The notes under the pieces were generated by a model, which was not told where the DNA came from, searched no databases, and saw only the letters and a list, made by a program, of their open reading frames with translations. This document shows, one piece after another, positions 29,694-40,350 of a stretch of 61,110 nucleotides of DNA (within the stretch, counting starts at the first letter, position 1; every line of letters begins with the position of its first letter). The translations under genes were made by a program, and so were the position numbers. Location: sequence record SRR22947727_771; one strand, written 5' to 3'.

Positions 29694-30458
29694 ATGACCC
29701 TGCATAAGTTCACCACCTATTCCAACGATGCGAAATTGGCGCTCAGCCTGCTCAGCCGCACCCCTATCTCAGTGGAGGATGGCGCCTATCAGCGCACGGC
29801 AAAGGCCGTGTGGGCTTATGGGCTTGTCGGGATAGTTTGGGGCACTTTGGTTTGGGCCGTGGGTCTATGCGCAGTAACTTTAAATATTCCAGATGGCCTA
29901 GCTGCGCTTATCGCCTTGGGTACTGGTCTTATTTTTACTGGCGCGCTGCATGAGGATGGTCTGGCAGATTGCGCCGACGGCTTGTGGGGCGCCCAAGAGA
30001 AACAGCGCCGCTTAGAGATCATGAAAGACAGCCAAATTGGCAGTTATGGAACCCTAGCCTTGGTTGTGTCCGTGCTCTTGCGTTGGCAGCTGATAAAAGA
30101 ACTGATGCAGGCAGAATTTGCCTTTGCTGGGCTAATTGTGACCGCCGTGCTTGCCCGCGCGGCCATGCCGCTTTTGATGGTATATCTACCGCATGCCCGG
30201 AGCAGCGGTTTATCTCATAGCGTTGGCAGACCTCAGCCAAAACACGCCCTGATAGGAGTTGGCATAGCTGCCATAATAGCGCTGGCCTTTGCAGGTCTGA
30301 TAGGCTTTGCTGCTTTGCTCTGCACAGGCTGCGCTGCCCTACTCTGTTCTGCGATTGCCCAGCGCAAAGTCTTGGGGCAAACCGGCGATATTTTGGGAGC
30401 AACCGAACAGGTTTCAGAGATATTTGTGTTAATGGCAATCGTAGCGCTGTTGCCGTAG
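29694..30458 (+). CDS. cobS: Adenosylcobinamide-GDP ribazoletransferase (cobalamin synthase)
   Basis: TGALHEDGLADCADG, RLEIMKDSQIGSYG, GQTGDILGA; divergent from cobT. Start uncertain (29643 or 29694). Confidence 0.94.
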   Translation: MTLHKFTTYSNDAKLALSLLSRTPISVEDGAYQRTAKAVWAYGLVGIVWGTLVWAVGLCAVTLNIPDGLAALIALGTGLIFTGALHEDGLADCADGLWGAQEKQRRLEIMKDSQIGSYGTLALVVSVLLRWQLIKELMQAEFAFAGLIVTAVLARAAMPLLMVYLPHARSSGLSHSVGRPQPKHALIGVGIAAIIALAFAGLIGFAALLCTGCAALLCSAIAQRKVLGQTGDILGATEQVSEIFVLMAIVALLP

Positions 30459-30500
30459 CTGCAGCTCAAGTGAGAGAAGCCTGATCAAACTGCATCTGCT

Positions 30501-31010
30501 TTACGCGGCGCGCGACACCAATACATCATCGACTTTTTTTGCCGCGGCAACCTCATCGCCATCTTCAACAGCCGCAACTTCGCGCGTCAGGCGTTCCAGC
30601 GCCGCTTCGTAAAGCTGCCGTTCCGAATAGCTCTGCTCGCGCTGATCATCGTTGCGATGTAAATCCCGAACAACTTCCGCTATGGCAATCAAATCGCCAG
30701 AATTAATCTTTTGCTCATATTCCTGTGCACGCCGCGACCACATCGCCCGCTTCACTTTTGCTTTGCCTTTGAGCGTGGTCATCGCGCGGCCAACCACATC
30801 AGGAGAGCTTAATGCGCGCATGCCAATCTCAGTCGCCTTATGCGTTGGCACGCGCAGCGTCATCTTGTCTTTTTCGAAAGACACCACGAATAATTCAAGC
30901 GTTATTCCAGCGATTTCTTGCTCTTCAATAGAAACGATTTGGCCCACACCATGCGCGGGATAAACAACAAATTCGTTTGGACGAAAATCATTTCGTTTTG
31001 ATTTGGACAT
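30501..31010 (-). CDS. carD: CarD-family transcriptional regulator
   Basis: VVYPAHGVG, WSRRAQEYEQKINSGD, SYSERQLYE. Confidence 0.95.
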   Translation of the reverse strand: MSKSKRNDFRPNEFVVYPAHGVGQIVSIEEQEIAGITLELFVVSFEKDKMTLRVPTHKATEIGMRALSSPDVVGRAMTTLKGKAKVKRAMWSRRAQEYEQKINSGDLIAIAEVVRDLHRNDDQREQSYSERQLYEAALERLTREVAAVEDGDEVAAAKKVDDVLVSRAA

Positions 31011-31204
31011 TCAGTTTACCTTTCTTGCGGTTCTCTTTGGCCGAGCAGATCAACAAGCCTAAAACATTCGGCTTCTTTTAACATAGTCTCAACTAGGATG
31101 ATTAGATGCAGGGTATCACACCACTTTTCGCTGCTCGTACATGCTTTCGATCATGTCCATAGCACAAAATCAACCTTGGCACCAGAGATGGGTTTTGGTG
31201 GCGT

Positions 31205-31543
31205 TTATCCGCCTTCGCCGGCAGCCTCAGAAAAGTATTTTTCAAGCTTTCCGGTTTCACCATCGCGCTCTTCAGCGTCTGGAAGTGGATCTTTTTTGGT
31301 TATAATCACCGGCCAGAGGATCGAGTATTTGCGATTAAATTCGACCCATTTCTCCATATCAGGCTCGGTGTCAGGACGGATGGCATCTGCAGGGCATTCA
31401 GGCTCACAAACGCCGCAATCTATACATTCATCAGGGTGAATAACCAACATGTTCTCACCCTCGTAAAAACAATCCACCGGGCAAACTTCAACGCAGTCGG
31501 TATATTTGCAGCCAATGCAACTGTCATTCACAATATAGGTCAT
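31205..31543 (-). CDS. fdxA: Ferredoxin (7Fe/8Fe FdxA type)
   Basis: [17 protein letters not shown] and [12 protein letters not shown]. Confidence 0.95.
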   Translation of the reverse strand: MTYIVNDSCIGCKYTDCVEVCPVDCFYEGENMLVIHPDECIDCGVCEPECPADAIRPDTEPDMEKWVEFNRKYSILWPVIITKKDPLPDAEERDGETGKLEKYFSEAAGEGG

Positions 31544-31599
31544 TCGTCGCTGTCCATTTCACATATCTTCCAAGCCCTTAGCTAGAGCAGTCGAAAGAA

Positions 31600-31971
31600 T
31601 CATTCAAGCCAATCATTGCGAAAATTACGCAGCGCGCGGCGTTCTCGTTTGGTGGGGCGCCCTTTTCGATCCTGCCCCGGCGCTGGGTTTTCGGGGTCTT
31701 GCTTTGGCGTTAAATCGCGATAGAGCAACTGAGCCTCGCTAGCCGGTCCACGACGATGCCCCAAGGCTAAAACTTCGACAACGCGCACAGAACGGCTTTG
31801 CACAACAGTTAGAACCTGTCCGACCGAAATACTGGTTGCCGGCTTCAGAACTTTTGCAGCGTTCACGCGTACATGGCCCGCTTCAATCTGTTTACTGCTG
31901 AGGCTGCGTGTCTTGAAAAACCGCGCAAAAAACAGCCATTTATCCAACCGTATTCGATCCGCCTCTGCCAC
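31600..31971 (-). CDS. hslR: S4-domain RNA-binding protein (Hsp15)
   Basis: RLDKWLFFARFFKTRSL, RRGPASEAQLLY, GRPTKRERR. Confidence 0.9.
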   Translation of the reverse strand: MAEADRIRLDKWLFFARFFKTRSLSSKQIEAGHVRVNAAKVLKPATSISVGQVLTVVQSRSVRVVEVLALGHRRGPASEAQLLYRDLTPKQDPENPAPGQDRKGRPTKRERRALRNFRNDWLE

Positions 31972-31973
31972 AC

Positions 31974-34883
31974 TTAGCGATCCTGCGTTTTTAACCCCAT
32001 CAACGCAGCTGCAAACGGGTTATCTGGATCAATTTTCTGCGTTTTTTCTGGCTTGGCTGCAAAAGTTTTGGGGCCTTTTTTATCGCGCGATGGTTTTTGC
32101 TTGCCCTTCGATTTGCGCGTCTGCTTTTCATCACCCGCGCGGTGTTTCGGTTTATTATGCCTGGGCGGGCTTTGTTTTTTAGCCACATGCCCCCAGGTGA
32201 ATGTATAGAACACTTCCAACTCTGGCTCTATGGTCTCAGCGCTTTGTGATTGCGCGGGCGCTGATTGGCTATCTGCCTGCGCTATCGAAGCTGCGGGCTG
32301 CTCTTCCTCGTGCAGCGTCTCAGTCCGCTCTGAGCCCGAAGAAAGCGCTTCTGCAGCGCTCGGCTCGACCTTCGCGGGGTTGACGTCCAATGCCGCCTCT
32401 TGCGCCGCATCCACAGGTTCGGACGCCACCTTCTCAGGCAAATCGGCGGCTATTTCGGGTTTATCCACCTCAGGCGTTGCGCTGACTACTGGATCTTGGG
32501 CAGCCTTGGTTTTTACGCGTTCCGCCTTCGCCGCCTGATAACCAAGACCTTGCATCAAATCGGCAAATTGCTCCAAGGTCATTCCGGTAATCGATAGCAT
32601 ATCTGCTTTCGCTTCAAACCCGGTCCGGCTGTTTTCGCCGCGAAGCATATCTGCCAAACGTTCCAGCATATCGATGCGAATGGCGCGGGTGCCCGCGTTG
32701 CGATAGCCACAAATCGTATCATGCCCGCTTTCCGCATGGGCATCGACGGGAACCGTCACCAAACCGGGGGGCGGCGCTTCGGAAAAGGTTTGCAGCCCCT
32801 TGGAAAGCGACCATAAGACCAACCGCAAGCGGGTGGGGGCGGGTTTCAGCAGCAAGGGCATAAACACGGTAAATTGACCGAAACGCACCCCATGTTTGCG
32901 CAATGCCCCGCGCGCATCTTGATCCAAAGATTTCACATCTTCGGCAACTTGCGCGCGCGGTAGAATTCCAAACCCCTCAACCATACGATAGGCAAAGCCC
33001 CGCGCCAAACCCGTTAGGGTTTCATCGCGTTGTAAATTTATCAGCGGCTCAAACAGGCTAGCGATCTTGCGATCAATAAAATGCTGCAACCGCCGCTGTA
33101 CTTTTTGCGTCACATCGGCGCCGGCCTCATCATCCACGAACACCGTGATCCGTGGTTTTAAAATATCATCTCCGGACACCAATTTGCCGATCGCCTGCGT
33201 TCCCCACATAAGGCCGCCTTGCTCAGTAAAATCAATTTCTGTATCCGGCGCGTTGTAAAATCGATCCGCCCGCAGATGAAAATGCGGCGTCAGGGCCTGT
33301 AAAGCCGCAGATTTGATGGTCTTTGCTTCTTGCCCGGCCGCGTCTTTATCTTGACGAAACTGAAACCCTTCAAGCCGACCAACGAATTCTCCTTCGACGG
33401 TCACCTCACTATTTTCATTCACTTCGGCCAACAGGGCCTCCTTCTGTTTCAACCTGCGCAACAGCACCGAGGTTCTTCGATCCACAAACCGCTGCGTCAA
33501 ACGCATATGCAGCGCGTCCGATAATCTATCTTCTACAGCGCGCGTCGTCTCACGCCAATGATTTTCGTCATCTACCCAACCACTTCTTTGGCTGACATAT
33601 GTCCAAGTGCGCACAAAAGCCAATCGCATTGACAATGTATCAATATCACCCTCCACGCGATCAATGCGTTTGAGATGCCCCGCAAGCCAATCATTCGGCA
33701 AATGCCTATTGCCCTGTAAATGCCCGAAAACACTGCTGAGTAAGCTGACATGTTCGGCCAAGCTTATCCCGCGAAAATCAGGAATTCGGCAAATATCCCA
33801 AAGCAGGCGCACATGCTCTGGATGCTGCACTTGTTGGCGAATATCTTCGCTTTGCCATAGGGCCTGCAGCGCAAGGTAATCATCGGCTTCCCGAGCTTTT
33901 ACCAAAAGATCATCTTGAGATGATATAGACAGGCTATGCACCAACGCATCGATCGAAGAAAAATTCAAATCAGAATTGCGCCATTGCAATTTCGAAATCG
34001 GTGTAAAGCGATTTTCAACAATTGCAGCCGCCATGCCCTCGTCAAGCGGAGGTGCCTCGCCCGTCACCCCAAAACTGCCATCCGACATCCCGCGCCCCGC
34101 GCGGCCGGCGATTTGCCCCAATTCATTTGGCGCCAAATCACGCATCCGGCGGCCATCAAACTTTGACAAGCCTGCAAAAGCCACGTGGTCGATATCCAAG
34201 TTCAACCCCATACCAATCGCATCCGTTGCCACCAGATAATCAACATCTCCGTTTTGATACAGCTCCACCTGCGCGTTTCTTGTGCGCGGGCTCAACGCCC
34301 CCATCACCACTGCTGCACCGCCCTTTTGGCGCCGGATCAATTCGGCGATGGCATACAGATTATCAACTGAAAAGCACACAATTGCGCTGCGGGCGGGCAT
34401 TCTGCTGATTTTTTTGGAGCCCGTATAACTGAGCGTGCTCAGACGGTCCCGCCGCATAAATTGCGCCTCTGGCACCAATTCTGAAATCACCTTTCGCATC
34501 GTGCCGGCGCCCAGAAACAGCGTTTCATGCAAGCCGCGCATGTGAATTATGCGATCGGTAAACACGTGACCGCGTTCAGGATCTGCACAGAGCTGCACTT
34601 CATCAATCGCCACAAAATCCACCCCCATCGCCTGCGGCATGGATTCGACGGTACAGATCCAATATTTGGTGCGTGGAGGTACGATCCGCTCTTCGCCAGT
34701 GACCAGTGCCACAACTGATGGACCGCGCAGGGCAACAATTTTATCGTAGACCTCACGTGCCAAAAGCCGCAATGGCAAGCCAATAATTCCAGTACGATGG
34801 GCGAGCATGCGTTCAATGGCGTAATGGGTTTTACCGGTATTTGTGGGCCCTAGAACGGCGACCACCCGCGCAGATTGCTGCAT
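31974..34883 (-). CDS. Superfamily 2 (Suv3-like) helicase
   Basis: GPTNTGKT, PLRLLARE, IDEVQ, VATDAIGMGLN, QIAGRAGR; low-complexity tail ending DPDNPFAAAL. Confidence 0.92.
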   Translation of the reverse strand: MQQSARVVAVLGPTNTGKTHYAIERMLAHRTGIIGLPLRLLAREVYDKIVALRGPSVVALVTGEERIVPPRTKYWICTVESMPQAMGVDFVAIDEVQLCADPERGHVFTDRIIHMRGLHETLFLGAGTMRKVISELVPEAQFMRRDRLSTLSYTGSKKISRMPARSAIVCFSVDNLYAIAELIRRQKGGAAVVMGALSPRTRNAQVELYQNGDVDYLVATDAIGMGLNLDIDHVAFAGLSKFDGRRMRDLAPNELGQIAGRAGRGMSDGSFGVTGEAPPLDEGMAAAIVENRFTPISKLQWRNSDLNFSSIDALVHSLSISSQDDLLVKAREADDYLALQALWQSEDIRQQVQHPEHVRLLWDICRIPDFRGISLAEHVSLLSSVFGHLQGNRHLPNDWLAGHLKRIDRVEGDIDTLSMRLAFVRTWTYVSQRSGWVDDENHWRETTRAVEDRLSDALHMRLTQRFVDRRTSVLLRRLKQKEALLAEVNENSEVTVEGEFVGRLEGFQFRQDKDAAGQEAKTIKSAALQALTPHFHLRADRFYNAPDTEIDFTEQGGLMWGTQAIGKLVSGDDILKPRITVFVDDEAGADVTQKVQRRLQHFIDRKIASLFEPLINLQRDETLTGLARGFAYRMVEGFGILPRAQVAEDVKSLDQDARGALRKHGVRFGQFTVFMPLLLKPAPTRLRLVLWSLSKGLQTFSEAPPPGLVTVPVDAHAESGHDTICGYRNAGTRAIRIDMLERLADMLRGENSRTGFEAKADMLSITGMTLEQFADLMQGLGYQAAKAERVKTKAAQDPVVSATPEVDKPEIAADLPEKVASEPVDAAQEAALDVNPAKVEPSAAEALSSGSERTETLHEEEQPAASIAQADSQSAPAQSQSAETIEPELEVFYTFTWGHVAKKQSPPRHNKPKHRAGDEKQTRKSKGKQKPSRDKKGPKTFAAKPEKTQKIDPDNPFAAALMGLKTQDR

Positions 34884-34897
34884 CTTACCCTCTAGGA

Positions 34898-35458
34898 TTA
34901 AAGCGTTTTCTCGCCCGTCGCCGATGCAACGCGATCTCTGGCGCTTTCTACGTCTTCTAAAAACGGATGTATAGTCAGAACCTTGGAATAGGCGGTAAAG
35001 GCAAGATCAGGACGTTCAAAATGCTCAAAAATTTGGCCCAGAAGCACCAGAGACGGATAATGCAAGGCATCAAGCCTCAGGGCGGCTTGCAAATCTTCTA
35101 TAGCGGGGCCGAAATAGCCAAGGTGATGATAGGCGCGGGCGCGCCCATACCATCCTGAAGCAAACTGTGGCGCCATTTCAATCACGGCACCAAAATGCTG
35201 CGCCGCCACATCGAACCGCTGCGCTTTAAAACTGTTTTCGCCGCGCTTGTAGAGCAAATCAACGCCAGGCGAGCCCGACAAAGACCAAAGCTGCTTTATT
35301 TCTCGCTCTATCGCGGCAAACTTTTCTTGGTCAGACGCCGCCAACTCATTGTACAAAAGCCTGATTTGATCCGAGCTATCCGCTGAGCAAAGCGTTCCAC
35401 AAACAGAAATGAAGCCTGAGGCAACAAGGCATTTGATTGTTGTTCGAAAACTCTCCAT
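34898..35458 (-). CDS. TPR-repeat protein
   Basis: TPR-like repeats (PQFASGWYGRARAYHHLG...AIEDLQAALRLD); probable signal peptide. Confidence 0.8.
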   Translation of the reverse strand: MESFRTTIKCLVASGFISVCGTLCSADSSDQIRLLYNELAASDQEKFAAIEREIKQLWSLSGSPGVDLLYKRGENSFKAQRFDVAAQHFGAVIEMAPQFASGWYGRARAYHHLGYFGPAIEDLQAALRLDALHYPSLVLLGQIFEHFERPDLAFTAYSKVLTIHPFLEDVESARDRVASATGEKTL

Positions 35459-35518
35459 AGCGATAAGATAGTGGATGGGTCACTTTATTCTAGTTAAAAT
35501 GGCAAAAAGGAATTCGTG

Positions 35519-35809
35519 ATGAGTGAAATTTTGGAACAGGCTGTCCTAGCCCTGACAAAGAAAATGGGCGAGGCCTCTTTTGGTGGTTCTGCTAAATTCG
35601 ATATCGACGGCGAAGGGTGCATTATGATTGACGCCGCAGGCGTGCGCGCCGGCGATGAAGAGGCAGAGGTAACGCTTCGAGCAAATACAGAGACGTTCCA
35701 AGATATCTTAGCCGGCGATTTAGATCCTGCATCTGCCTTCATGAGCGGACGTTTGACCATTGATGGTGACATGGGCGTTGCCATGCAGCTGGGCAGCGCG
35801 CTTGGGTAA
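35519..35809 (+). CDS. SCP2 sterol/lipid-binding domain protein
   Basis: GDLDPASAFMSGRLTIDGDMGVAMQL motif. Confidence 0.9.
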   Translation: MSEILEQAVLALTKKMGEASFGGSAKFDIDGEGCIMIDAAGVRAGDEEAEVTLRANTETFQDILAGDLDPASAFMSGRLTIDGDMGVAMQLGSALG

Positions 35810-35896
35810 AAGGATACCAACGCGTACAAAAAACTCGTCGGCCAGCCCTTACTGGCGTGCGGGGCGGCCTAATCTAAGTGATCTTTTTAACAGTTT

Positions 35897-36667
35897 TCAA
35901 GTGAGCTTATGCACGCCTTTGGCAACCGCAGCGGCGCCAGCGCGCAGCCAATTATGCTCAGAGGCCACAAAAAACACCGTTAAGCCATATTTCTCGCGCC
36001 ATTCTGCAGCTTGCTCTACAGTGCCCACAAAGCTCATATACGCCTTGTTCGAGGCGCGCGCCGCCTCGCCCACACTGCGCAATGCCGCTTGCAATTCCTC
36101 ACTGGTTTGATCGGTTTTACCATAGCCAACCGATAAATCAGCCGGCCCAACAAACAGACCATCAATCCCCTCGATTGACGCAAGATCCTTCGCAACTAGA
36201 ACCGCCTCTGGCTCTTCCACCTGGGCGATCACAACGGTTTCATCACGCGACTTTTGTAAAAGGTCAGGCATTGATTGCGTGGCATAACCGGCCCAGCGCG
36301 TCGATCCGGCATAACCCCGACCGCGATGCCCGAAGCGCGCCATACGGGCAATCGACTGCGCTTTTTCAACGCTGTCAACATGGGGCACAACAATGCCAAC
36401 GGCTCCATAATCTAAAGCCTGCAAAATTTCGCGCTCGCTGCCATCACCCACCCGAATCAAAATTGGGAAATCAAGCGCGGTTGCAACGGCAATACATTGA
36501 TCCATGGCGCCCCGATCAAACGGCGCGTGTTCGGCATCCAAACATAAAAAATCTAACCCAGACTGCGCCAAAACCTCAATCATGATATAATGTGGTGTTT
36601 TCAAGAAGGTTCCCGCTAAAGGCGCCCCCGATAACATTTTTTGTCGAAAATTCGATATGCGTGACAT
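35897..36667 (-). CDS. HpcH/HpaI-family aldolase
   Basis: LDAEHAP, ALDYGAVGIVVPHV, AQVE, FVGPADLS. Start trimmed to MSRISN. Confidence 0.9.
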   Translation of the reverse strand: MSRISNFRQKMLSGAPLAGTFLKTPHYIMIEVLAQSGLDFLCLDAEHAPFDRGAMDQCIAVATALDFPILIRVGDGSEREILQALDYGAVGIVVPHVDSVEKAQSIARMARFGHRGRGYAGSTRWAGYATQSMPDLLQKSRDETVVIAQVEEPEAVLVAKDLASIEGIDGLFVGPADLSVGYGKTDQTSEELQAALRSVGEAARASNKAYMSFVGTVEQAAEWREKYGLTVFFVASEHNWLRAGAAAVAKGVHKLT

Positions 36668-36755
36668 TTTATACCCCATTTTTTTCGCGCAGTGTACGCG
36701 GCGATCTTGCAGATGCAAGGGTGGCCGCAGCCCAGCTTTGATCTATGTTTGAACG

Positions 36756-37778
36756 ATGAGTAAATCAGCACTTCTTCGTTTCACAGATCGCGGGATATAT
36801 TGCCCTGCCGGAGAGTTTTACATTGACCCGTGGCGCCCCGTGGAACGCGCCCTTCTCACCCATGGTCATGCCGATCACGCCCGCCCTGGGCATAGCAGAT
36901 ATCTCAGCACGGATATTGCTGCCCCTGTGATATCGCATCGCTTAAACAATTCCGTATTGGAAACCGTCCGCTATGGAGAAACCAGACAGATTAAAGATGC
37001 GCTGGTTTCGTTTCACCCCGCCGGCCATATCCCAGGCTCTGCCCAAATTCGTATTGAGGTTGCAGGTGAAATATGGGTGGTATCCGGCGATTATAAAATC
37101 GAAAATGATGGATTAACAACCCCTTTTGAGCCACTGAAATGTCATAGTTTTATTAGCGAATGTACCTTTGGCCTTCCGGCGTTTCAATGGCAGCCCCAAA
37201 ACACCATTTTTGATCAGATTAACACTTGGTGGGCAGAAACTGCCAAAGCCGGCAAATGCTGCATTCTGGGTGCCTACGGTCTGGGCAAGGCGCAGCGCTT
37301 GCTATGCGGCTTGGATGCCAATATCGGTCCAATCTTGACGCACAGCGCCACAGAAGCCACAAATCAGATCTTGCGCGATCAGGGCTTTGATCTTCCCAAA
37401 ACTCAAAAAATTATGCCCGATACGGATCGCAAAGCGCAGCGCGGTGCGCTGATTTTGGCGCCCCCTTCGGTATTTGGCAGCGCTTGGGCCAAACGTTTTG
37501 GCGAAACGTCAACAGGGTTTGTAAGCGGTTGGATGGCGCTGCGCGGTATTCGGCGGCGGCGTGGCTTTGACCGGGGCTTTGTTTTATCCGATCACGCGGA
37601 CTGGCCGGCCCTAAACGCCGCAATCAAAGAAACTGGTGCAGAAAACATCTATGTTACACATGGTTACACTGACATCTTTAACAATTGGCTGAACGAACAG
37701 GGCTATAATTCAAACATCGTAAAAACCGATTTTACGGGGGATGAGGCTGAGCTGCCTGAGGAAGAGAGCGCCGAATGA
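36756..37778 (+). CDS. Ligase-associated DNA damage response exonuclease (metallo-beta-lactamase fold)
   Basis: FYIDPWRPV, THGHADH, PAGHIPGS, SGDYK, ECTFGLP, SDHADW, VTHG. Confidence 0.92.
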   Translation: MSKSALLRFTDRGIYCPAGEFYIDPWRPVERALLTHGHADHARPGHSRYLSTDIAAPVISHRLNNSVLETVRYGETRQIKDALVSFHPAGHIPGSAQIRIEVAGEIWVVSGDYKIENDGLTTPFEPLKCHSFISECTFGLPAFQWQPQNTIFDQINTWWAETAKAGKCCILGAYGLGKAQRLLCGLDANIGPILTHSATEATNQILRDQGFDLPKTQKIMPDTDRKAQRGALILAPPSVFGSAWAKRFGETSTGFVSGWMALRGIRRRRGFDRGFVLSDHADWPALNAAIKETGAENIYVTHGYTDIFNNWLNEQGYNSNIVKTDFTGDEAELPEEESAE

Positions 37779-39367
37779 AAGCCTTTGCGCAGCTGATCAA
37801 AACACTGGATGAAGCCAGTCAAACCAACGCAAAGCTCGCAGCGCTATCTGAATATTTTAAAAGCGCCGCGCCAGAAGATCGCGTCTGGTGCATTGCTATA
37901 TTTTCTGGCCGCAGGCCAGCGCGCAGCGTCACGACCGCCGAGATGCGTATTTGGGCGGCCGAGGCCGCCGAGCTGCCGCTATGGCTGTTGGAAAACACCT
38001 ATCATATTGTGGGTGATTTGGCCGAAACTATTTCGCTTTTACTGCCGCCTGCACAGCACAAATCAACGCGAACGCTTCAGCAATGGATCCAAGCGCTTCT
38101 CAATTTGAAAGGTCAGGATCTGGCTGCACGCAAAGGCTTCATGCTTGCAGCTTGGACAGAATGCGACGGGTATGAGCGTTTCGTGTTCAATAAATTAATC
38201 ACGGGCGGCTTTCGCATCGGCGTCAGTCAAAAGTTGATGACGCGCGCTTTGGCCCAAGCAACCGGACAGGATGCCGCCGTTCTCGCTCATAAATTAATGG
38301 GCCAGTGGAATCCACAAATGACCAGCTGGGAAGATCTTATTCTTGCGCAAAACGCCAGTATCAATCTATCGCGCCCCTATCCGTTTTGCCTTGCACATGC
38401 CTTAGACACAGAGCCCACAAAACTGGGCGACATAAGCGAGTGGTCCACCGAATGGAAATGGGACGGCATACGCGCCCAAGTGGTGGTGCGCGAAAAAAAC
38501 TGTTTCATCTGGTCGCGCGGTGAAGAGATGGTGAACAATCAGTTTCCCGAGCTTGCACCTTTGGCCGAACAACTGCCACATGGCACCGTGATCGATGGAG
38601 AGTTATTGGCTTGGGCGGATGATAAACCCCTGCCCTTTCATCTTTTACAAAAACGACTTGGGCGCAAAACAGTGCCGGCGAGCCTGCTCAAATCTGCGCC
38701 AATACGGCTGTTAGCCTATGACCTGCTTGAGGAAAAAGGCAGCGATATACGCGCACAACCCTTCGCGCAGCGTCGGTCTGCGTTGGAGGCGCTTTTGCAA
38801 ACGCATAATGCGCAGGATGTGATCATCCCTTCACGCTCACTTCCAGCAAAGAGCTGGGGGGATTTGGCAACATATCGGGACTACGCGCGATCTACGCTTG
38901 CGGAAGGTTTGATGATAAAATCACGCCAGAGCCCCTACATCGCGGGGCGCAAAAAGGGGCATTGGTGGAAATGGAAGCTAGATCCGCGCACCATTGATGG
39001 CGTGATGATCTATGCTCAGGCCGGACATGGACGACGCGCCAATCTGTATACTGATTTCACCTTTGCTGTATGGGATGGTCCAGCGCTCGTGCCCTTTACC
39101 AAAGCCTATTCGGGCCTAAGCGATGCCGAATTTCGCAAAATTACCGCCTGGGTGCGCAAAAATACGCTGCAAAGATTTGGCCCCGTACGCCAGGTCACGC
39201 CGCAGCACGTTTTCGAAATAGCCTTTGAAGGCATCCAAGAAAGCACGCGTCATAAATCAGGTATTGCACTGCGCTTTCCGCGTATGGCACGCTGGCGCGG
39301 TGATAAAAAACCAGAGGATGCAAATACCCTGGCCGACTTAAAGGAAATGCTTCATGTCCAGCCCTAA
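37775..39367 (+). CDS. ATP-dependent DNA ligase
   Basis: EWKWDGIR active-site lysine, IDGE, YDLL, EGLMIK, WWKWK, ALRFPR; ATGA overlap with the exonuclease gene. Confidence 0.95.
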   Translation: MKAFAQLIKTLDEASQTNAKLAALSEYFKSAAPEDRVWCIAIFSGRRPARSVTTAEMRIWAAEAAELPLWLLENTYHIVGDLAETISLLLPPAQHKSTRTLQQWIQALLNLKGQDLAARKGFMLAAWTECDGYERFVFNKLITGGFRIGVSQKLMTRALAQATGQDAAVLAHKLMGQWNPQMTSWEDLILAQNASINLSRPYPFCLAHALDTEPTKLGDISEWSTEWKWDGIRAQVVVREKNCFIWSRGEEMVNNQFPELAPLAEQLPHGTVIDGELLAWADDKPLPFHLLQKRLGRKTVPASLLKSAPIRLLAYDLLEEKGSDIRAQPFAQRRSALEALLQTHNAQDVIIPSRSLPAKSWGDLATYRDYARSTLAEGLMIKSRQSPYIAGRKKGHWWKWKLDPRTIDGVMIYAQAGHGRRANLYTDFTFAVWDGPALVPFTKAYSGLSDAEFRKITAWVRKNTLQRFGPVRQVTPQHVFEIAFEGIQESTRHKSGIALRFPRMARWRGDKKPEDANTLADLKEMLHVQP

Positions 39368-40241
39368 GCCAACCGCGCCCGCGCCAGCCTTGGCGCGCGC
39401 CCCCCATAAAAAGGCGCGGCCGGGCAGTTGCGACACGCATGTGCACCTTTTAGCTGCCGCAAATGAATTCCCGCTTTATGAGGGCCGCGCGGAAGACCCC
39501 CCAAGCGGTTATAAATTTCAAGAATGGATCGGGCTGTATCGTCGCCATCTTGAAAATTTAGGCTGCACCCGCGGGGTTATTGTGCATTCAATTTTTTACG
39601 GCACCGATAATAGCGTAACCGTGGCGGCCCTGCGCGAAATGGGCGCAGGTTTTCGTGGCATTGGCTTGCTTCCCGATCAGGCTTCAGAAGCCGATCTTGA
39701 CCAATTCGTGGCCTGGAACATGGCTGGCGTGCGGCTGAATTACGTCCACGGGGGTGTTTTAAGCTGGAAAGGCGCCAAAGCAATGGCGCCCAAACTGGCC
39801 GATCGGGGCTTGCATATTCAAATGCTTATGCACGCCCATCTGCACATGAACGAATTACAACCCGACCTGCAAACCCTACCCGTGCCTGTGTGTTTTGATC
39901 ATATCGGATGGCCCGACTTAACGCTTGGGACAGGCAATGCCGGGCTTGAGACGCTGTATCATATGTTAGATAGCGGCAAGGTTTGGATCAAATTGTCAGG
40001 CCTCTACCGGTTGGCAAACGCGCCTTATTTTGATACGGATGAAATTGTTTCAAAGCTGGTACGCGCAAATCCAGAACGCTGCCTATGGGGGTCAGATTGG
40101 CCCCATATCATGCTCAACGGCGCTGAAATGCCCGATGCAGGGTCTTTGATGGATGCATTTTATCGTGTGGTCAGCGATGAAAAAACGCGCGACCAAATTT
40201 TGATTGAGAACCCCAAGAAACTGTACGGCTTCGCCGATTGA
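39354..40241 (+). CDS. Amidohydrolase-2 family protein (LigI/2-pyrone-4,6-dicarboxylate lactonase-like)
   Basis: CDTHVH, YGTDNS, GVRLN, FDHIG, WIKLSG.YR, LWGSDWPH, ENPKKLY. Confidence 0.85.
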   Translation: MSSPKPTAPAPALARAPHKKARPGSCDTHVHLLAAANEFPLYEGRAEDPPSGYKFQEWIGLYRRHLENLGCTRGVIVHSIFYGTDNSVTVAALREMGAGFRGIGLLPDQASEADLDQFVAWNMAGVRLNYVHGGVLSWKGAKAMAPKLADRGLHIQMLMHAHLHMNELQPDLQTLPVPVCFDHIGWPDLTLGTGNAGLETLYHMLDSGKVWIKLSGLYRLANAPYFDTDEIVSKLVRANPERCLWGSDWPHIMLNGAEMPDAGSLMDAFYRVVSDEKTRDQILIENPKKLYGFAD

Positions 40242-40350
40242 TCTGCGTATCACCTAGCCAAAACGGCCTGTCAGCGCCAGCGCGCAACATGCCCTTGTAA
40301 CTCAAAACCCAGCGGCCTATCTCTTTAGGTGAACAACAAAAGGTCTTTAC

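Noticed and set aside
30501..35809. carD-fdxA-hslR-helicase-TPR-SCP2 cluster as a novel system
   Set aside because: Ordinary conserved alphaproteobacterial gene order.
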